NCBI GenBank assembly: GCA_964012805.1
Contig: CAXGUD010000075.1
Span: 1 to 12,771 of the forward strand
Reading direction: 5' to 3'
Length of the DNA stretch: 12,771 bases
Source: an uncultured Bacteriovoracaceae bacterium
Lineage (GTDB): Bacteria; Bdellovibrionota; Bacteriovoracia; Bacteriovoracales; Bacteriovoracaceae
Shown here: piece after piece, positions 7,581 through 12,771 of the stretch
Position numbering within the stretch: the stretch's first letter is position 1
How the letters are laid out: each line of letters starts with the position of its first letter
Translations under genes and position numbers: made by a program
The notes under the pieces: model-generated
The model's database searches: none
The model's input: only the letters and a program-made list of their open reading frames with translations
Told to the model about the DNA's origin: nothing

Positions 7581-8207
7581 ATGCAAACAATTAGAAAAAA
7601 TGTCGCGAAGTACCTGTTGGATTTGAAATGTGTTCAATTATCACCTAACGACTTTTTTACCTATGCTTCTGGGCTTAAAGGACCCATCTACTGTGATAAT
7701 AGAAAGGTTTTGTCTTATCCTAGAGAGAGGACAAGTCTAATTGAGGGATTAAAGGATTTGATTTTAAACTCAGGTCTTGAATACGATGTTATTGCTGGAC
7801 TAGCTACAGCAGGAGTTCCCTATGCTTCTATTCTTGCTGACCATCTTGAAAAACCTTTGATTTATATAAGGTCTAAGCCTAAAGGTCATGGCCAAAAAAA
7901 CCTTATTGAAGGTGAATATACTTCAGGGCAGAAAATAATACTGATTGAAGATTTAGTTAATCAGGGAAGCAGTGTTCAAAAAGGTATTGAAGCGTCAAAA
8001 GAGCAAAGCTTGGATCCCATTGCATGCTTTTCAATTGTTGATTATCAGATGGCACCAGCAAAAAAAGTTTTTGAAGAAAATAAAATTCCTTTCTTTTCTC
8101 TTACCAACTTTTCTGAGTTAGTAGAAACAGCTAAAGAAATTTCTTACCTTACCGATCAAGAATGTCAGAATTTGGCAAAGTGGCACAATAGTTTGGTTGA
8201 AAGTTAA
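7581..8207 (+). CDS. pyrE: Orotate phosphoribosyltransferase
   Basis: FTYASGLKGPIYCDNR, YIRSKPKGHG loop and PRPP-binding motif IILIEDLVNQGSS. Confidence 0.95.
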   Translation: MQTIRKNVAKYLLDLKCVQLSPNDFFTYASGLKGPIYCDNRKVLSYPRERTSLIEGLKDLILNSGLEYDVIAGLATAGVPYASILADHLEKPLIYIRSKPKGHGQKNLIEGEYTSGQKIILIEDLVNQGSSVQKGIEASKEQSLDPIACFSIVDYQMAPAKKVFEENKIPFFSLTNFSELVETAKEISYLTDQECQNLAKWHNSLVES

Positions 8208-8241
8208 GGGCCACCTAAAAGAAAAAAATGTAAGGGTTTGT

Positions 8242-8270
8242 TTGAAAAAGGTATAGAATCGCTGTATGTT
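8242..8270 (+). promoter_or_regulatory. Candidate sigma70 promoter for gltA
   Basis: TTGAAA-17 nt-TATGTT. The gltA SD GAGGAGG is at 8366-8372. Confidence 0.4.
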
Positions 8271-8376
8271 ATGCCGGTTGTGATGAAAAGAGTGAAGGAT
8301 ACGTAGCAACGTTTGTTGTTAAGAGATCATTTTGACAAAGTTTTTTGAAATTCATAGTGATTAATGAGGAGGCTGG

Positions 8377-9657
8377 ATGTCGGGAAAAGCGAAACTCAAT
8401 ATTGACGGAACGGAGTATGAACTTCCCATTATTAAGGGTAGTGAGGGTGAGACCGGTATTGATATAACGACTTTGCGTGCAAGCACAAAGGCGATCACTC
8501 TAGATAATGGTTTTATGAATACGGGTTCTTGCCAATCTGCTATAACCTTTCTTAATGGAGAAAAGGGGATTTTGAGGTATCGGGGCTATCCGATAGAGCA
8601 ACTGGCTGACAATTCAAATTTTTTAGAGGTTTCGTATCTTCTCAATTATGGGGAGCTTCCTAGTAGTGACCAGTTAAGCAAATTTACAAATAGTGTGAAA
8701 GAAAAAGCCGTTTTACCAGATGGAGTAAAGAATATTATAGACCAGTTTCCTAAAGATGCTCACCCTATGGGTGTTATGGCGGGGGCAATGGCTGCTTTAA
8801 GCGGCTTTTACCCTGAATCCTTAGGAGAATGTAGTGATGAAATGAAAGATGACCTCTTCTGCCAACTTCTGGGCCAAGCTAAGGTTATAGCAAGTCACTT
8901 CTTTAGAAGGTCTGTGGGTAAAAAAACAGTTGATCCGGACTCTTCTGTTGATTACTCATCTGACTTTTTGCAAATGATGTTTTCAGGAGACGGTTTTAAA
9001 GTTGATGAGGATGTGGCGAGGGCCCTCGATGTTCTTCTTATCCTACATGCTGACCACGAACAAAATTGTTCAGCCTCTACAGTAAGAGTTGTTGGGTCTT
9101 CTCAAGCTAATGTCTTTGCATCTATAAGTGCAGGGGTAAGTGCTCTTTGGGGACCGCTCCACGGTGGGGCGAACCAAGCCGTTTTAGAGATGCTTGAAGC
9201 TATTCAAAATGATGGTGGGGACCATAAAAGATATTTGGAAAAAGCAAAAGATAAAAATGACCCTTTCAGGTTGATGGGCTTCGGTCATAGAGTTTATAAG
9301 AACTTTGATCCAAGGGCCACGATCATCAAAAAAGCGTGTGATACTGTTCTTACAAAGTTGGGTGTTAAGGATCCACTTTTAGATATAGCAAAAGGGTTGG
9401 AAGAAGAAGCTCTAAAAGACCCCTACTTTGTAGATAGAAAACTTTATCCAAATGTTGATTTTTATTCTGGAATTATTTATCGAGCACTAGGAATCCCTAC
9501 GAATATGTTTACTGTTATGTTCGTTTTAGGAAGGCTACCTGGCTGGCTAGCTCAATGGAGAGAAATGACGGAAACTAAAGGAATAAAAATTGCTAGGCCT
9601 AGGCAAATCTATACGGGGCATAATGAGAGAAATTATGTTGATGTAAAAGACCGTTAA
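8377..9657 (+). CDS. gltA: Citrate synthase (type II-like, with N-terminal extension)
   Basis: GILRYRGYPIEQLA, LHADHEQN, LWGPLHGGAN, MGFGHRVYKN and YPNVDFYSG motifs; strong SD. Confidence 0.98.
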   Translation: MSGKAKLNIDGTEYELPIIKGSEGETGIDITTLRASTKAITLDNGFMNTGSCQSAITFLNGEKGILRYRGYPIEQLADNSNFLEVSYLLNYGELPSSDQLSKFTNSVKEKAVLPDGVKNIIDQFPKDAHPMGVMAGAMAALSGFYPESLGECSDEMKDDLFCQLLGQAKVIASHFFRRSVGKKTVDPDSSVDYSSDFLQMMFSGDGFKVDEDVARALDVLLILHADHEQNCSASTVRVVGSSQANVFASISAGVSALWGPLHGGANQAVLEMLEAIQNDGGDHKRYLEKAKDKNDPFRLMGFGHRVYKNFDPRATIIKKACDTVLTKLGVKDPLLDIAKGLEEEALKDPYFVDRKLYPNVDFYSGIIYRALGIPTNMFTVMFVLGRLPGWLAQWREMTETKGIKIARPRQIYTGHNERNYVDVKDR

Positions 9658-9668
9658 GTCTAATTTTC

Positions 9669-9700
9669 AAAAAGGCTTCTGTTTTCATGAAGCCTTTTTT
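9669..9700 (+). terminator. Intrinsic terminator after gltA
   Basis: AAAAAGGCTTC-9 nt loop-GAAGCCTTTTTT, 11 nt after the gltA stop. Confidence 0.85.
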
Positions 9701-9712
9701 AATTAACAAAAT

Positions 9713-10840
9713 ATGCGTTCCGATTTTGAAGCCCTCCAAGAATACCTACTCAACCCCGACCTTACTGAGTCTGATTTTAAAAAGCTTTTACTCAAAATCA
9801 GCTCTAACTTTACAAGCAATCGTGAAAAAATTGAGAAGTATGTTCTTTCTCCTCAAATGGTTTCAGCATATGCCTTATTTTATATACCAACCAACTACCC
9901 TAAGCTTTTCTTTTTAATGAATCAGCTTCCTATTGAAGTAAGAGAAGTTATTAAGAAATGCGATTTTATAGATATTGGTACAGGACCTGGGACCTACTTA
10001 CTATCTTTCCTTGATTTCATTGAAGAGAACCTCGGCGTTAATCAAAGAGTTTTCGGAATAGATCAATCGAGTTTGATGCTTGAACAAGCTAAAAAAATGA
10101 TGAATGGCTTTTTTCCGGACCTTTCAAAATCAATACAGCTTAAAGGAAACCGCAAGGAAGTATCTCTTGAATTGGGAGAGGGAATAAATAAAAGGATGCT
10201 TTTTTTCGGGCATAGCTTAAATGAAATGGGTGTTGTTGAAGCAAGGAAATGGGTAGATGAATTTGATCCATATTTTGTTTCTTTTATTGAACCAGGAACA
10301 CCCGACACTTTTAAATCGATTCTCAATATGAGGAAGATAATGAAAGAAAAGGGATATAAAATACTTTATCCATGCTCTTCTTTAGATTTAGGTTGTCCAA
10401 TGGAAGGAACTAAGGATTGGTGTCATCAGGTTTTAAAGGTTGTTCATGACCCTTGGGTAGAGAGACTATGTCAGCTCGTTAGCAAGAATAGAAGAGTTAT
10501 GCCAATGATTGGGCATGTTTATTGTAAGGCAAATGAAACTAACTTAGCATCTAAAAATATTAAAAAAGTGACTTTAATTAGAGTTTTGAAAGAGACAAAG
10601 TTTTCTTTTCAATGGCAAGTTTGCCTATCAATTGGTGAGGAGTTCGACAGTGAGTTAAACCATTCTTTAATAACTGTAGACGTTTTAAAAAAGTACTATT
10701 CAAAAAAAGATCAAAAGGTTTTCAAGAAGGTTAGTATCGGAGAGGTTGTTTACTTAAATAAAGTTAAAGAAATCTCAGCTCAGAGTTGGCATGTAGAAAT
10801 TGTAGATTTTAAAAATTGGATAAAAAAAATCCCTTCATAG
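9713..10840 (+). CDS. Class I SAM-dependent methyltransferase, Rsm22/METTL17-like
   Basis: Motif I FIDIGTGPGT; AYALFYIP upstream; FIEPGTP; Cys cluster YPC-x6-CP-x6-WCH plus a distal WQVC. Confidence 0.8.
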   Translation: MRSDFEALQEYLLNPDLTESDFKKLLLKISSNFTSNREKIEKYVLSPQMVSAYALFYIPTNYPKLFFLMNQLPIEVREVIKKCDFIDIGTGPGTYLLSFLDFIEENLGVNQRVFGIDQSSLMLEQAKKMMNGFFPDLSKSIQLKGNRKEVSLELGEGINKRMLFFGHSLNEMGVVEARKWVDEFDPYFVSFIEPGTPDTFKSILNMRKIMKEKGYKILYPCSSLDLGCPMEGTKDWCHQVLKVVHDPWVERLCQLVSKNRRVMPMIGHVYCKANETNLASKNIKKVTLIRVLKETKFSFQWQVCLSIGEEFDSELNHSLITVDVLKKYYSKKDQKVFKKVSIGEVVYLNKVKEISAQSWHVEIVDFKNWIKKIPS

Positions 10841-10854
10841 AAAGGGATTTTTTT
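10823..10854. terminator. Bidirectional intrinsic terminator between convergent methyltransferase and rpmE2
   Basis: AAAAAAATCCCTT-CATAGA-AAGGGATTTTTTT. The methyltransferase TAG (10838-10840) lies in the loop. Confidence 0.85.
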
Positions 10855-10887
10855 ATCTTATTAGAAAAGTATATTGCGATTTGAAAT

Positions 10888-11160
10888 TTACTTTTTAATA
10901 CCTTTAATATGAGCGTAAGAACTTCCAAATTTTTTCTGGAATTTTTCAATTCTACCTTCAGTATCGATAATTTTTTGTTTACCAGTATAAAACGGGTGAG
11001 ATGCACTAGAGATATCTACCTTATAAAGAGGATATTCTTTTCCGTCTTCCCACTTAATAGTTTCAGATGTTTGAATCGTAGATCTTGTTAAAATAGCAAA
11101 ATCTGTAGAAACGTCTTTGAATATAACGTCTCTGTATTCAGGGTGGATGTCTTTTTTCAT
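10888..11160 (-). CDS. rpmE2: 50S ribosomal protein L31 type B (Zn-independent)
   Basis: MKKDIHPEY...[26 protein letters not shown] and GRIEKF motifs; no cysteines. Confidence 0.97.
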   Translation of the reverse strand: MKKDIHPEYRDVIFKDVSTDFAILTRSTIQTSETIKWEDGKEYPLYKVDISSASHPFYTGKQKIIDTEGRIEKFQKKFGSSYAHIKGIKK

Positions 11161-11212
11161 TCTTCTTCCTTTTCTTTGTTATGATGCAAAGATGTGTCAC
11201 TTAAGATTAGGT

Positions 11213-11241
11213 AATCTCCCTAATTTATTACGTGTTGTCAA
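11213..11241 (-). promoter_or_regulatory. Candidate sigma70 promoter for rpmE2
   Basis: Consensus TTGACA (11241-11236), 17 nt spacer, weak -10 GAGATT. Confidence 0.35.
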
Positions 11242-11284
11242 TAAAAAGGAAAAGGGATCTTATTAGGCTATTGTGAATAGGGAT

Positions 11285-11650
11285 TCAGTGGGCACTGCAA
11301 GTACCACAACCGTCCTTATTGAGGCCATTTTTGGGGGAAAAGTCCCACTCAGAGCACTTTAAATTGACATATTGGAGAGCGTCTTGGAGGTCTGAGAAGG
11401 TCTTTAAGTGCTTTTCTTGAAAATCATGATTTGTCGTCACAACATTATAAACAAAATTTATAGACTCATCATCCAGGTTTTCAAAGTCGCTAACCTCGAC
11501 TCCCTCCGAAATAAAGGTAAAGAGTTTCTTCGTGTTGAAAAGGAATTCTCTCCAATTGTTCTCATTTAGTTTTTGATCTTTCATTAGGGCATCCAACCAT
11601 AAAGAACCTACCTTGGCCATAACACAAATTTTATTGATTAGCCTAACCAA
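11285..11650 (-). CDS. Hypothetical protein with C-terminal GCGTCSAH (CxxCxxH) tail
   Basis: 121-aa ORF with a TTG start preceded by AGAGGA. It fills the gap between rpmE2 and the divergent regulator. No family recognised. Confidence 0.75.
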   Translation of the reverse strand: MVRLINKICVMAKVGSLWLDALMKDQKLNENNWREFLFNTKKLFTFISEGVEVSDFENLDDESINFVYNVVTTNHDFQEKHLKTFSDLQDALQYVNLKCSEWDFSPKNGLNKDGCGTCSAH

Positions 11651-11743
11651 TTTTATCCTCTATTTTTTTAGTAAATTGCCGAAAAGTGTATAAGTCCTGT
11701 ACTGGGATTGTTTAGTTATTGTAAGTTAAATGGAGACCAACAC

Positions 11744-12771
11744 GTGCCTTTAAAGCTTCTTTTAGCAGATGAAGATAAAGGATGGTCTGAGAAGTTATCC
11801 AAGTATCTGGAAGAGAACTCCTATAAAGTTGACCTTGTTCATAATGGAAGAAGTGCACAGCTTAATGTTTATAACAATCAATATTTCGCCGTTATAATTA
11901 ATCCTTCTATAAAAAACCATAGTGGTCTTCAGGTTTTAACTTATATAAATAAGAATTTAGAAGGTCAGAGAGTTTTTGCTCTTCTTGAAAGTCAGGCCCT
12001 ATTAGAAACTGAGCAATATTGTGAAGAAGCTCTAAAGAAGAAGGGTGTTACGGAAATTTTGGTAAAACCTATTTTAAATGAAGAGTTGACTTCCCTTCTA
12101 GAATCTCATCAAAGTTTGAACGATGTAATCGCAGGCTTGAAAAAGAAAAAAGGAGTCTCTGATGAAGAAGAAGTTAGAGACTCAGATAGTAGCTTTACTC
12201 AGGTAAAAATTGAAAACTTCTTTCCCTCAAAGGCGGTCCTCTTTGATGTATTTGTCAAAATAAATAAAAGTAGGTATGTAAAAATCCTACATGCAGGGGA
12301 TACCTTTTCTCAAGAAAGAATTGATAAATATAAAAATGAGAAAAAAATAGACTGTCTTTATTTTCATCATAAAGACAGAAGAAAATACGTTCAGTATACA
12401 AACTTTCTGGCAAAAAAGCTTATTGATAATAAAAATGTTGGTTCTGCTTCCAAAGTTAATCTTCTTTCAACTGTATCTGGAAAGTACGTAGAGGAGCTTT
12501 TCCACCAAGGAGTCAAACCTCAGGTTGTTGATCAAGCCAAAGAGATAGCAACTAATGTTTACAAAGTTGTTGAAGATCAAAAAGACCTCTATCAAACATT
12601 AAGAGATTTTCAAGAGTTAGACCCTAACCAATTTACCCATGCCTTTATAACAACTCTTTATTCAAGCGCTATCATTAAGCAATTTGCCTGGCAATCAAAG
12701 TTAACGATAGAAACTATGGCCTTAGCTTGTATGTTTCATGATATTGGGAAAACAAAACTTCCAAAGCATCT
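11744..12771 (+). CDS. Response-regulator-like (pseudo-receiver) + HD(-GYP) domain protein; 3'-truncated by window
   Basis: Not in the ORF track because there is no stop in the window. SD GGAG precedes GTG 11744. Hand translation: MPLKLLLADED...HNG...YFAVIINPS...SGLQVL...LVKP (receiver fold), then ...FTHA...ACMFHDIGK (HD at 12737-12742). Open to the end of the window. Confidence 0.88.
   Translation, partial: MPLKLLLADEDKGWSEKLSKYLEENSYKVDLVHNGRSAQLNVYNNQYFAVIINPSIKNHSGLQVLTYINKNLEGQRVFALLESQALLETEQYCEEALKKKGVTEILVKPILNEELTSLLESHQSLNDVIAGLKKKKGVSDEEEVRDSDSSFTQVKIENFFPSKAVLFDVFVKINKSRYVKILHAGDTFSQERIDKYKNEKKIDCLYFHHKDRRKYVQYTNFLAKKLIDNKNVGSASKVNLLSTVSGKYVEELFHQGVKPQVVDQAKEIATNVYKVVEDQKDLYQTLRDFQELDPNQFTHAFITTLYSSAIIKQFAWQSKLTIETMALACMFHDIGKTKLPKH

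Noticed and set aside
7283..7637. Track ORFs 7283-7531 (+), 7356-7580 (+) and 7446-7637 (-)
   Set aside because: None has a recognisable motif or convincing SD. The region is better explained by the minus-strand signal-peptide gene starting at 7495. The abutment of 7356-7580 with pyrE is probably incidental.
8332..8360. TTGACA upstream of gltA as a promoter
   Set aside because: The -10 at 17 nt is TAGTGA, a poor match; the 8242-8270 candidate fits better.
8208..8376. Possible sRNA or riboswitch between pyrE and gltA
   Set aside because: No recognisable conserved motif or strong stem-loop by eye. An Rfam covariance search would be needed to exclude it.
1564..11091. Short overlapping ORFs (1564-1758, 1841-2047, 3455-3814, 5686-5937, 6981-7184, 8118-8309, 9687-9917, 10063-10326, 10809-11006, 10909-11091)
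   Set aside because: These are antisense or alternate-frame shadows of well-supported genes, with no independent evidence.
11174..11191. Zur-box-like TGTTATGATGCAAAG upstream of rpmE2
   Set aside because: Only one half resembles the proteobacterial Zur box (about 10/15), which is not significant in AT-rich DNA.
11288..11311. CGTCSAH as a c-type heme attachment site
   Set aside because: The spacing is CxxCxxH, not CxxCH, and the protein has no export signal.
1..12771. CRISPR array, tRNA/rRNA, transposase/integrase, defence system
   Set aside because: No spaced repeats, cloverleaf or rRNA signatures, or recombinase ORFs were seen. SfsA is a widespread nuclease-fold gene and is not by itself evidence of a defence locus.

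Overview
AT-rich bacterial chromosomal window made up mostly of housekeeping genes. The gene content and the style of the HD-domain proteins suggest a Bdellovibrionota/Bacteriovoracia-like organism, which is an inference only. Left to right: the 3' end of a GT4 glycosyltransferase; a small FGxxxG (ExoX-C/DUF3820-like) protein; a low-GC, catalytically degenerate HD-GYP-like gene; dppC-dppB-dppA with no adjacent ATPase genes; a lipoprotein trypsin-like protease; sfsA; pyrE; gltA; an Rsm22/METTL17-like methyltransferase; Zn-independent L31 (rpmE2); a hypothetical protein with a C-terminal CxxCxxH tail; and a truncated pseudo-receiver-HD protein missing from the ORF track. The most notable observation is a hidden secreted-protein gene (7195-7495, minus strand) split by an A10 tract. 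Removing one A gives a 99-aa ORF ending 1 nt before sfsA, which could reflect phase variation, slippage or a sequencing error. Also of note are a perfect 15-bp direct repeat flanking the degenerate HD gene and two paralogous HD proteins with complementary degeneracy. I found no RNA genes, CRISPR arrays, transposases or clear multi-gene novel system.
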